DNA of 63,395 nt, filler included, from Octopus bimaculoides (lineage: Eukaryota), in NCBI RefSeq assembly GCF_001194135.2. It is 4 parts of 4 records of this genome, joined end to end, with 100 filler letters (N's around TTAATTAATTAA, not from the genome) between each part and the next. Parts side by side here need not be neighbours in the genome. Positions count along the whole stretch, not along the records: positions 1 to 31,107 come from NC_068997.1; 3 more parts are not named here. One strand, 5' to 3'. Below are positions 13,606 through 26,610 of this stretch, one piece after another. How positions within the stretch are numbered: the stretch's first letter is position 1; each line of letters starts with the position of its first letter. The notes beneath the pieces are model-generated. The model saw only the letters and a list, made by a program, of their open reading frames with translations. It ran no database searches and was not told the DNA's origin. The translations under genes were made by a program, and so were the position numbers.

Positions 13606-15065
13606 TCTCTCACCTGACATTCTATTATTTATGTGACTATCTATCTATTTAGCTAGTTGTCTGTCTGTCAGTCTATCTATCTATCTAGTTAGCTAGCTAG
13701 CTAGCTGTCTAGCATTATATATATATATATATATATATNNNNNNNNNNNNNNNNNNNNNNNNNNNNNNNNNNNNNNNNNNNNNNNNNNNNNNNNNNNNNN
13801 NNNNNNNNNNNNNNNNNNNNNNNNNNNNNNNNNNNNNNNNNNNNNNNNNNNNNNNNNNNNNNNNNNNNNNNNNNNNNNNNNNNNNNNNNNNNNNNNNNNN
13901 NNNNNNNNNNNNNNNNNNNNNNNNNNNNNNNNNNNNNNNNNNNNNNNNNNNNNNNNNNNNNNNNNNNNNNNNNNNNNNNNNNNNNNNNNNNNNNNNNNNN
14001 NNNNNNNNNNNNNNNNNNNNNNNNNNNNNNNNNNNNNNNNNNNNNNNNNNNNNNNNNNNNNNNNNNNNNNNNNNNNNNNNNNNNNNNNNNNNNNNNNNNN
14101 NNNNNNNNNNNNNNNNNNNNNNNNNNNNNNNNNNNNNNNNNNNNNNNNNNNNNNNNNNNNNNNNNNNNNNNNNNNNNNNNNNNNNNNNNNNNNNNNNNNN
14201 NNNNNNNNNNNNNNNNNNNNNNNNNNNNNNNNNNNNNNNNNNNNNNNNNNNNNNNNNNNNNNNNNNNNNNNNNNNNNNNNNNNNNNNNNNNNNNNNNNNN
14301 NNNNNNNNNNNNNNNNNNNNNNNNNNNNNNNNNNNNNNNNNNNNNNNNNNNNNNNNNNNNNNNNNNNNNNNNNNNNNNNNNNNNNNNNNNNNNNNNNNNN
14401 NNNNNNNNNNNNNNNNNNNNNNNNNNNNNNNNNNNNNNNNNNNNNNNNNNNNNNNNNNNNNNNNNNNNNNNNNNNNNNNNNNNNNNNNNNNNNNNNNNNN
14501 NNNNNNNNNNNNNNNNNNNNNNNNNNNNNNNNNNNNNNNNNNNNNNNNNNNNNNNNNNNNNNNNNNNNNNNNNNNNNNNNNNNNNNNNNNNNNNNNNNNN
14601 NNNNNNNNNNNNNNNNNNNNNNNNNNNNNNNNNNNNNNNNNNNNNNNNNNNNNNNNNNNNNNNNNNNNNNNNNNNNNNNNNNNNNNNNNNNNNNATATAT
14701 ATATATATATATATATATATATAGCGCCATAAATCCCTTCAATCTTGAAGCGATGATAATGTGAGTAACCGTGATACATCACACCACTACCACCACCACC
14801 TCTACCATCACCACCACCACCAACAACAACACTAACATTTTACTTTTGCTAACAGAAATACTCTTTAGTCAACACTATTAGATATATGGTTGTTAGTGGA
14901 TTTAGCTAAACCGGAATTTAAGGTTAGGTGGCATGTGAAAGTTTGGTCTAGTCGTATAATTTATCGACCAGTATAATCAATTTAGCGAAATCATTAGAAT
15001 CTATCAGTTAATTTAATCTGCGAACTTTAACCGTTTCCTTTTAAACATCCTGTCGATGTAATTAA

Positions 15066-15325
<260 letters not shown>

Positions 15326-16418
15326 TATAATTGTTGATATTAATAGTAATTATCAGTTTATTTATTCCCTAGTTTTCTTGTTTGCTATAACGTATTTTGC
15401 TCCAGCTCCCCTCACACATACACCACACCTCCTATATCTTATGTCAACCATCCACTGTGTACACAAAACACAGTTAAACATTTGAGAAATACAATAAATT
15501 ACTCACTGTTTCCTCAGATTAATCACTTGTATATATTTAAATTAGTAATTTATATAAATTTAATAAAAAAATATCTCGATATCAGGAATTATATTGTGTT
15601 TGTATCAAAATTCAAATATATATATATATATATAGGCTTTAGTATATGTTTAGATCTTATAACTATTGATAAGGGTATATCTTAAACATATATTTATTCT
15701 TTTGAATGCAAGAGAGGACAGGTTGTGGAATGGTGTATGAGGTAAAAAGGAATTTGAACTTGAGACGATAGATAAGCTTAGTCAGTTTCCTTTCAGTTCC
15801 ACGTTCAATCACCAAGTCTTTTTAACTCCATATATGTCTGTTTGTGTCTTGTGTAAGCAAAATTATGTCTGTATTTTCTACATCTCTCGCTCTCTCCTCC
15901 TCCTCCTCCTCCCCTTCCTCCCCNNNNNNNNNNNNNNNNNNNNNNNNNNNNNNNNNNNNNNNNNNNNNNNNNNNNNNNNNNNNNNNNNNNNNNNNNNNNN
16001 NNNNNNNNNNNNNNNNNNNNNNNNNNNNNNNNNNNNNNNNNNNNNNNNNNNNNNCTCCTCCTCCTCCTCCTCTCTCGCCAGATGTTTCTCACTGTCAAGA
16101 AGAATGACATAAAAATGTTTCCGAATGCCTCTTTTGGTGGTTCTTTGCTATACTTCACCTCGATGATTATGGGAGGAGGGAGAATATTTTTTTCAATGCA
16201 TTATTAATAAGAAGACCTGACCATAGCGTCAAAGGACCTTTTGACAACATTTACACAACGATAACTATTTAACATTCTAATTATAACAACCGATGAGGGA
16301 ACTTAAACGTGGTCGCACAGCTTACCAGAAATAGCATGTAAATCTCTCTGCACTCCTATCTTACTGTCTTAAATGCATAGTACTATCAGGATTGTATTAT
16401 ACTGATTTATTTCCTTAC

Positions 16419-16494
16419 CCATGGTGACGAGATGGGATTGACCTAGTTGCAAAGCGCTTGATCATGGATTTGTTCAACCGGAGTTGGCATGGGG
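16419..16494 (-). CDS. Candidate 76-nt exon
   Basis: tctag|...TGG|gtaagg. One open frame, PCQLRLNKSMIKRFATRSIPSRHH. Confidence 0.2.
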
Positions 16495-17119
16495 CTAGAC
16501 ATTGCGATTGAAATACTAATACGACGGTAATCACTACAATCACAATAATAATGCTAATATAAGCAATAAATGCAGTTATTAAAATCTTAATTTGACCCTA
16601 GTTAAGAACATTGGGATAGTTTTCACATAGTATTCTGCTATCACTAAACGCAGATTTCCTCAAACGCATCCAAAATCAAAGTCTAGTTCATTGATTGTCA
16701 CTGATTCTTTGGTCAATAAGCTTCAACAGCGATCTTCTAGAAGTTACTTTTTTCTAATCACCATCTCTCTTATACCGTTACTACAACGTTTTCTGCTCAG
16801 ATAAAGAAAAAATATATCCGCCTCTCTGCAAATTTGTCTCTTATTTCTCAAACTTGACATTTTTCAATCCGTATAATCCTTCCTCTCACAGAATATAACA
16901 TTCCAAATGGTTCTCCCCATCAAAGTTTTTTCTACAGATATTGTCCTATATATGCTCAAACTGAACATTAGCCGCATCAATTTCCTTAACGAGGGAATGA
17001 CATATAAAGGTCATGGACAATGCTCCTACTATTTCTCGGTTTATCTCATTAGACTACACAAGAAATCAATAATCTGCTAAATATATTATCGATCCACTGT
17101 ATCCACCAGTGTTGAATTG

Positions 17120-17690
17120 TATCAACTTAAATTCTTCTGATACCATTACACCATTACAAGATCACTACGACATCTAGCACATCATTACACTGCACACCAT
17201 ACTACTACAACACCACATCACACTACACTAAACATACTACTACATTAGCCACCTCATTAAAACACTGACCACACTACTATAATACAAGCCACTAACCAAC
17301 ACATACCATTATCACTCTATCATTATACATACTGTTTTGCCGCAATGCATACCATACTACCACAGCTTCTCCTAGAACACTACAGGAACCAACCCAATGC
17401 AACAGACCACGGCACTACAGTGCACATCACGGCACATCTGATATTATTACATTCCTACAACATCAATAAAACTACTTCATCACCACCAAGAGCACAATAG
17501 ATACCATTGGATAGTTATTCTAGGAATTGCACAACCACATCTACTACAATACTGCCGATACCATTCCTTAGTTACAATACCAATCATACAACTTCCGCAC
17601 TTTCTATAACACCAGGACATCCACTACAACCCCTAAATATACTGGTGTAGAACTACAACCTCAATGACACCACTCTAATACACAAGTTCG
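17120..17690. repeat. Cryptically simple CAC/TAC/ACTAC-rich decayed repeat
   Basis: Recurring cactacac / actacaac / ataccat units, with strong C/A strand bias. Confidence 0.5.
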
Positions 17691-18433
17691 TCTGTATTGT
17701 CTTATGTGCTCCCCTGGCAAATCAATGCACTTCTCCATGTAGTATGTATGAGTAATCGTTATGCAAGTAAACTTTTGTTAATGAAACGCACGGAAGATCG
17801 TGTAACTGAACATCTTATAAACAATCAATTGTGTATGAGTTTATATTTGTTTGCATGTGCATGTGTGACTGTGTACGAGCGTGGGTTCGCGCGCGCGTGA
17901 GGATGTGGTATATATTGCACACAAGAATTTTCCGTGGATTCTGATTTATCACATACCCATACATGCAAAATATTTATCTAAACGTCGTTTTCATCAAGTG
18001 ACTGCTTTGTAAATGTTGCTTTAAACTCTTAATACAGTTAAACTAAGACTTGATAATAAGTACATGTCTATATATTTTTGAAGTCTGTGATTGTTGTAGC
18101 TGTATAAGTTTTTGCACATTATTAACCGCGTCTTTTGTGATTCTATTAATTTACGATCGATCTAAACAACCATTATGTTTATTTGCTCTAATGTACATAT
18201 ATGTGAAAGAACACTACGTATACATACCAATATACGCAAACATATGTGTGTGTGTGTGTGTTTGAGTGCAAGTATGTATGTGTAAAATTTATATTCGATA
18301 AAAAAGGGACCATACATTTAGTTAATTAATGATTGGTTAACAGAAATCTAATTTTTAATTGCTATAGAATAGACGCAAAATTTCTTTATTAATATTATTA
18401 TTATTATTATTGGTATTATTATTATTATTATTA

Positions 18434-18636
18434 AGGTGCCGAGCTTGCAGAATCCTTAGCACGCCGGGTGAAATGCTTAGCGGTATATCGTCTGTCGCTA
18501 CGTTCTGAGATAAAATTCCGCCGAGGTTTCGGGGTCGATAAATTAAGTACCAGCGAAACACTGGGGTCGATGTAATCGACCAGACCCCCCCACCGCCAAG
18601 TTTGAGGCCTTGTGCTTACAGTAGAAAGGATTATCA
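18434..18636 (+). mobile_element. tRNA-derived SINE family A, well preserved
   Basis: aaggtgccgagcttgcagaatccttagcacgccgggtgaaatgcttagcggtat...ggggtcgataaattaagtaccag...ggccttgtgc..agtagaaaggattat, with (TAT)n on both sides. Confidence 0.8.
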
Positions 18637-18885
18637 TTATTATTATTATTATTAGAAATGTTTATTATTATTATTTTTACTTCTAAAATTACATAAATTT
18701 GCGCATATATATCCGTACGTATCTTCATCTTTTATTTGTTCCAGTAATCAGACCGCGGCCAGCTGTTTTGACAGATGGATTTGAAGTAATCTACCACAAT
18801 TTTAATATCTTGCTTCATGGTACTTGACTCTTTTGCAGAACCACTAAGTTTTCGAATTGACAATTGTATATCTCCCTTTCTATTC

Positions 18886-18919
<34 letters not shown>

Positions 18920-18920
<1 letters not shown>

Positions 18921-19075
18921 TATACACAACGTGCTTCTACACAGTTGCCGCTTTCTAAATCCATTCACAATTCATTAGTCTGCGTGAGCTATAGTAGAAG
19001 ACACTTACCTAAAATGCGGCCCAGTGAGAATGAAAACTGAATCGTAGTTACAAAGCGAGGTTCTTAACCATACAA
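18920..19075 (-). mobile_element. SINE family B fragment
   Basis: ctatagtagaagacacttacc is the reverse complement of the family core gg(c/t)aagtgtcttctactatag. Confidence 0.55.
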
Positions 19076-20611
19076 ACATATTTCTAAATATGCATGTGTG
19101 AGTGTTTGTGTGTATATGAATGAGTCTGGCTGTTTGTGCGTAAGCATATGCTTGTGTATGTATAGCCTTTCCTGAAGTTCTTTTCGTCCTATGTTTTCCT
19201 GATTCGACAGTTCTATAGTCAAAGACAATCCAACTTAGACCATATTGTCTAGTTTTTATTTTGTTAATGAAACTGAGGACGGCTTTTTAGATCGCAACCT
19301 TCAGTGTTTTTGATGGTGGAAATTTGTTTCGAGGAAGATTTTTGCTGCATTTTCTAGTTGGTAGGGGTGCTTATGTATTGTTGTACTAATCTTATCTTAG
19401 TAGGAATTGTAAGAATAATAAATGAAAAGATGAACATTGAACGAAGAAGTAAAACGACTGCCACAACAACAAATACAAAAACGCTGAGCAAAAATCATTA
19501 GCAAATATATTGAAATATAAAAGAATCTAGAAAGGAAAAAACCTACACAAAAATATTTAAAATATTAAACAAAACAAGTAGAGTCAGGAAATATTTTTTA
19601 AAAAATAACAACTACGACGACGATGACAATGGCATCAGCAGCAGCAGTAACAACTACAACAACAAAATATAAACAAAACAAAGCCGAAACTATCCATCCG
19701 TGTCATGAGAGAAGGGTGGTGTAACAAGAATTGGCCCCATGAGAATATCAAAATCAATGCACACTTTAAGCTGGTTTCCCCATCACAGCGTTATCTTGTA
19801 TTTCACGCTTGGTCGAAACGCACACACAGGCACAGACACACATACATACATACACACACACACATGGAAACATTGACGCGTGTAGTCACAGATGCAAACA
19901 CAGACTCATACTCAGACCTAGACATAAACTCATAAAAGAACCATTTAGAAGCTCATATACATGTATATACGCAAGCACACCAATACAACCAAAACACATG
20001 CATTGAAACAAACATATATGACACACATAATAAATTACACCCTCACACACACACACACACACACATACACACACATAAACACAGACACACACACAAACTC
20101 ATAGACGGTCATACAATTAAACTGAAGACGACATAGACACACCGTAGACCAAGCAAATATACACATATGCTCATACAGAAAGACACACACATAGATGTCC
20201 TCACAGACAAAAACATATAAACTCACACACACATACAGAAACAAGAAATAAATACAACTAAAGAAAAATTAAAATAATATTACAAAAACAACCAACAAAT
20301 AGAAAATGAAAAAAAGCACGTGAAAAAAAAAACAGATTATTCATATTTTCTTTTTTTTAAAACATTGACTGTCACAGAATTTTTGATAAAGAAAATTTGT
20401 TGTATAGCAAAAAAAAAAATCTTTGAAATATGAAAGAAAGTTAAATTGTTATGTGGACATAGCATAATATAATATTAAACATCACCAACAGAGTGACCCC
20501 TTTAAGAAGACAAGATATTTGCATAGAGAATCATTATGTGCAATATGGTACATACATACATACATATACACACACATATATATACATACATACATACATA
20601 CATACACACAT

Positions 20612-20654
<43 letters not shown>

Positions 20655-21794
20655 NNNNNNNNNNNNNNNNNNNNNNNNNNNNNNNNNNNNNNNNNNNNNN
20701 NNNNNNNNNNNNNNNNNNNNNNNNNNNNNNNNNNNNNNNNNNNNNNNNNNNNNNNNNNNNNNNNNNNNNNNNNNNNNNNNNNNNNNNNNNNNNNNNNNNN
20801 NNNNNNNNNNNNNNNNNNNNNNNNNNNNNNNNNNNNNNNNNNNNNNNNNNNNNNNNNNNNNNNNNNNNNNNNNNNNNNNNNNNNNNNNNNNNNNNNNNNN
20901 NNNNNNNNNNNNNNNNNNNNNNNNNNNNNNNNNNNNNNNNNNNNNNNNNNNNNNNNATATATATATATATATATATACTTATATATATATATATATATAT
21001 ATGATTTAAGATTTCGTATACTGAGATGATTTCATCTCAGGTTGTTAGATACAAGAAAAGAATATGGAACCGCTTAAGAATATTGATTTATGTTATAGGC
21101 GCAAGGTCTTCATTTCGGCGAATGTGTATAGTGTATCAAATCAACCTCAGTACTTGACTAGCACTTCAATTTATCACGTCTTCCATATATATATATATGT
21201 GTGTGTGTGTGTGCCTGTGTGTATTCATGTATGTATATGTGTGTGTGTATATACATATATACGTGTGTGTGTGTATGTATGCATCAGGAAATGTGTATAT
21301 GTGTGTGTCTATGTGTATATGTATGTGTCCATCCACCTAACTCTCTCTCTATATATATAAACGTTGCTTGCTTCCAAATGCACTACTAGCACATAGACAC
21401 CAGCTTGTCTTCCATTTCTTTAAAGAACGATATAAAAGCGACGGTATTGAAATCGTGTTGTATCGGTCAACATCTGCGTTTGTTTCTCGGTCAACATTGT
21501 TATTGTGAAGAAGAAACATTTGCATGCATGAACAGCAGCTATCGTGTCCCGTTCAGCATATAAATTTGTATATGAATAGTCAACGCAGAAAGAAGGAAAA
21601 CTTAAAAATAGCTTCCCAATAATGTTTTATTTTCGCCTGTCAGATTAAGGCAAGAAATATGTGTATGTGTACTAAGTTAGGGAGTGTAAACAAACCAGCA
21701 TCGGTTATCAAGGTTTAGATTGTGGAGAGACAAATACAAACACAATTGAAAAGACAAGCCCACGCACGCATACACACATCACAAACATACAAAT

Positions 21795-22365
21795 ATATAT
21801 ATATAACAGGCTTCCGTGCAGTTTCCGTCTGTCAGATTCACTCACAAATATCGCTCGGTCCGGGGTTATAGTGGAAGACACTTGCCTAAGGGCTTTTCTG
21901 GGTACCTTTGACCTACAGTTAAAAGGATAACATTTAATCAGCATTGGATGAACAAGTTTATTATTTATTTTGAAAAATCAATTTAAGTCCTCGTATGTGT
22001 TCGTTTTTTTCTTATTTTTCAATGTGTGGTTGTACGGTAGCGCAATTGCTTCCCAACTACATCGTTCCGGGTTCAGTCCCACCGCGTGGCCACTTGAGCA
22101 GGTGTTTTTTACGATAGTCCTGGCCCATTTGATTTGTTAGACGGAAACTGCAAGAAACCCATCCTTTATATAAATGTGTGTGGTCGTGTCGTTATGTGTC
22201 TTCCTTTCCACTTGACAACCCGTATCTTAGCGGTTCCGCTAAAATAACCGGTACAGTAAATACCAGTCTTAGAAAAAATAAGTTCTGGGATCGACTTGTT
22301 CGACGACAACCATCAAGATGGTGCCCCACCAGGGCTGCAATCCAATGGCTAAGAAGTATAAGGTA
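21795..22365. mobile_element. Divergent pair of SINE family B copies: 21795-21940 (-) and 22030-22365 (+)
   Basis: ccgggttcagtcccac...agacggaaactg...gacaacc...cttagcggttc...aataagt(t/c)ctggg.tcga motifs. Confidence 0.65.
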
Positions 22366-22562
22366 AGAAGTAGAAGATACAATAATCCGTCTCTATTGAC
22401 CGAGTACTTGTGTCTTAGATTTGTTCGAATTCCATTCTTATCAATACTGTCTGATCAGTCGCAGACACAGAATGAGTAAGTTTTATTTCAATTCTTTATT
22501 TTGACTGAATTATCGGTAATGAAGTTCGACGTAAAGTGATATAAACAGAGATAAAGAAAAAT

Positions 22563-22851
22563 ATGTCAGCTTGCTTCACTTTTCTCGCCATTGATTGGTG
22601 CTTAGAATATCTAACTTAATTTATGCTATTGTGTTGTTTTAAAGTATTGTCGGCACTGGCGGTTGACCGAAGACTCTTCCTTTGGCGTGTTCGTACTGCA
22701 TTTATAGTAATCGTATTTCATAATGTTTATTCCATTCCAGTGTAGAGTCCGCTTGTGGTGTACTATGGACCAAAATAACAGAAATCCACTTCTGTTACAC
22801 GGTTTACATGCGCGGTTTATCACTATTGCACTGTAAATTTGGGAGATGCAT
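22563..22851 (+). pseudogene. Possible decayed rhodopsin-family GPCR segment (TM3-TM4-ECL2)
   Basis: One frame reads MSACFTFLAIDWCLEYLT*FMLLCCFKVLSALAVDRRLFLWRVRTAFIVIVFHNVYSIPV*SPLVVYYGPK*QKSTSVTRFTCAVY. It has a Cys, a hydrophobic helix, then LSALAVDR (DRY-like), a TM4-like stretch and an ECL2-like Cys, with three internal stops. Confidence 0.33.
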
Positions 22852-23262
22852 GAGAGTCACAGCTCCCCATTCCTCGTTCCTGAATATTCGTTCTTTTCCA
22901 CACGGTGAAAAGAAAATTGTATGTTTTTCTTTTCGTTATATATATACAAGTGTATTATCATAGAATTTTTGTATAACACCTTTAGTCTCTGATCTGTGAT
23001 CTTGTTTAGTATGACGAGAGAGAAGCTGAAGATTATATTGATAACCAGAGAAAATCTCAGCACTTTTATGTTAAAGTGTTCTAAAGTTCACTATGGTATC
23101 AGACTTAATAATTCAAAGAAGTAGATTCAAACGTAGTTGATCGCTAGGTATTGAAACGAAGCCGTGTGAGAGATAGAGAGAAAGATAAACAGATAAATAG
23201 ACAGATGATTATATATATGTATGTATATATAGGAATATGTGTATGTGCGCATTCATCTCTAA

Positions 23263-23312
<50 letters not shown>

Positions 23313-23543
23313 NNNNNNNNNNNNNNNNNNNNNNNNNNNNNNNNNNNNNNNNNNNNNNNNNNNNNNNNNNNNNNNNNNNNNNNNNNNNNNNNNNNNNNNN
23401 NNNNNNNNNNNNNNNNNNNNNNNNNNNNNNNNNNNNNNNNNNNNNNNNNNNNNNNNNNNNNNNNNNNNNNNNNNNNNNNNNNNNNNNNNNNNNNNNNNNN
23501 NNNNNNNNNNNNNNNNNNNNNNNNNNNNNNNNNNNNNNNNNNN

Positions 23544-23598
<55 letters not shown>

Positions 23599-23875
23599 TA
23601 TGTATGTATATATACAGGCATGCAGAGACAGAATGACAGACAGACACAGAGAAAGGAATGTATAGATGTTTAGATTCATACATATTACAATATGTAAAGG
23701 ACAATGAACTTGAAAAATAGGTAGACATATATATAGAGTAAAATGGTATATTTCTTCGAATATCTTCATGAATGGGTGTATGTATATGCGCATATGTATA
23801 TGTATATGTATATACTTTTCAGTGTCTAGAAACGAAAGTCCTAGTGTTTGAGCGTAAATATACACCTAAGTGGTG

Positions 23876-23928
<53 letters not shown>

Positions 23929-25023
23929 GTAGTAAATGCATAACGGGAAGTAGCAACCTCAGTAGCAAGAGCTGCAGCAGCCCTAATAGTAACAAGAATA
24001 ACTACAATGAGGAAGTGAAGTATAAAGTATAACGGTAGAGGTTACAACAACAAAAACATCAACGACAAAAGAATAAGACCGAAACACTAATGACCTTAAC
24101 TAACATGATGTTTACGTTGCTGTCTCCCTCACTCTCTCGACACAACACACCTTCCTAATGTATGATACACAGTAAAAGCATTGGCTTAATAATGCTGACA
24201 ACATGGCGACCGTGGTGTTGTTGAGGAAGACGTACGATGGTGGATAGTTTTATATATTCAATATAAGCATAGCCGATGTTTTAGCTTTTGCTTGTGTCTC
24301 CAGCGCATGTTTTATGCTTACTAGTAACTTGTTCGATAACAGCATAGGAAGAAGTTAAAAACCAAACGGAAAAGCAGAAAAATAAAATAAAAAAAAGAAA
24401 AATGAATAAACAAACATGGCCGCTCTAATTTAATGGCTGATCGTTGCTGAAAGAAAAAAAAAAAGACTAGCAAAGGTTTTTCTTTTCTTTTATATTTTTT
24501 ATTCCGATTTTTTTTTTTATTTTCATATTGATTTATTAGACGTGTGTGAATGTCAAATCGAAAAACCTCCTGCGTTTAGCCTAAGTGTTTGTTTTGACTC
24601 TTAATGCTTAATGAATGGAATCGTAACATTGTAAGCATAAAATAAGCAGATCCATTTCCTCAATCGTATATATATATATATATATNNNNNNNNNNNNNNN
24701 NNNNNNNNNNNNNNNNNNNNNNNNNNNNNNNNNNNNNNNNNNNNNNNNNNNNNNNNNNNNNNNNNNNNNNNNNNNNNNNNNNNNNNNNNNNNNNNNNNNN
24801 NNNNNNNNNNNNNNNNNNNNNNNNNNNNNNNNNNNNNNNNNNNNNNNNNNNNNNNNNNNNNNNNNNNNNNNNNNNNNNNNNNNNNNNNNNNNNNNNNNNN
24901 NNNNNNNNNNNNNNNNNNNNNNNNNNNNNNNNNNNNNNNNNNNNNNNNNNNNNNNNNNNNNNNNNNNNNNNNNNNNNNNNNNNNNNNNNNNNNNNNNNNN
25001 NNNNNNNNNNNNNNNNNNNNNNN

Positions 25024-25075
<52 letters not shown>

Positions 25076-25719
25076 CGTGTGTGCGTGTGCGTTTATCAGT
25101 ATTGTGTGTAAATATCTTGTAGAATTCAAGCCACCAGACGTTACGTTCAGAACAGCATTCTGAAATAAAGCTAACAATGTTTTGCAGTCAATTTCGATAT
25201 TTATTCTTGCAGTTATTTTCTCTGTTAAAATCGTTGAATTACTTTAATTACAAGCGTAAGTGTAAGACTACGTCCACTATGTAAAGTAGAAGACAGAAAA
25301 GAAATATCAGCGTAGAGACGATATGAAAAGCTCTTGTGATAGTGTTTTCTATTGGGCAGCAATTCGTGCTACCAGATTTTCCGACATGCAACTCGACAAA
25401 GTGCGTCGTTTAATCGTATGGCATAAGCATTCAAAGACACCACCTTTCCAAATACTGCTGCATTTCACTTGGAATTTTTGCATTCTACCAACATTTTCTT
25501 TCTTAGTGTATAAGTCGGATTACCTTATTCTAGCGGTAAATTTTGATTTGAAAAGTACGAATTCTACGTCAAAAACTACGGGACAACATGATTAAATCAT
25601 CCCTCACTAAAAATGCTTTGTTTTCCGTTATTTTTGTATAAATGCATAAGCATACACACAAGTATATGTACATTGAGAGGTGTGTGTGAGAGAGAGAGAG
25701 TATGTGTGAGTATGTGTGA

Positions 25720-25849
25720 GTAGCATGTACTTTGGCGACTCCGTCGAAGGAAGAGCTTTGTATTCCGGGTTCAGTCTCACTGCGTAGCACCTTAGGCACG
25801 TGTCTTTTACTATAGCCTCGAACTGATGGAAACTGAAAAATGTCTGCCG

Positions 25850-25852
<3 letters not shown>
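25720..25852 (+). mobile_element. SINE family B 5' part
   Basis: ccgggttcagtctcactgcgtagcaccttaggcacgtgtcttttactatagcctcg...tggaaactgaaa. Confidence 0.7.
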
Positions 25853-25886
<34 letters not shown>

Positions 25887-26368
25887 NNNNNNNNNNNNNN
25901 NNNNNNNNNNNNNNNNNNNNNNNNNNNNNNNNNNNNNNNNNNNNNNNNNNNNNNNNNNNNNNNNNNNNNNNNNNNNNNNNNNNNNNNNNNNNNNNNNNNN
26001 NNNNNNNNNNNNNNNNNNNNNNNNNNNNNNNNNNNNNNNNNNNNNNNNNNNNNNNNNNNNNNNNNNNNNNNNNNNNNNNNNNNNNNNNNNNNNNNNNNNN
26101 NNNNNNNNNNNNNNNNNNNNNNNNNNNNNNNNNNNNNNNNNNNNNNNNNNNNNNNNNNNNNNNNNNNNNNNNNNNNNNNNNNNNNNNNNNNNNNNNNNNN
26201 NNNNNNNNNNNNNNNNNNNNNNNNNNNNNNNNNNNNNNNNNNNNNNNNNNNNNNNNNNNNNNNNNNNNNNNNNNNNNNNNNNNNNNNNNNNNNNNNNNNN
26301 NNNNNNNNNNNNNNNNNNNNNNNNNNNNNNNNNNNNNNNNNNNNNNNNNNNNNNNNNNNNNNNNNNNN

Positions 26369-26402
<34 letters not shown>

Positions 26403-26558
26403 CAAGGAAATATAGTTCTTCATGTATATACATATACATAATTTCATTACCTTTATGGAGTATTAGACATAGCTATAGATAGTAATGTAGATATTATATT
26501 CACTCACAGGCAATCAAGCACACACACATTCACACATGCATGTGTGTATGTGTGTGTG

Positions 26559-26610
<52 letters not shown>

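Noticed and set aside
25323-25595. 90-aa ORF MKSSCDSVFYWAAIR...
   Set aside because: No recognisable motif or supporting splice signals; the length is compatible with chance.
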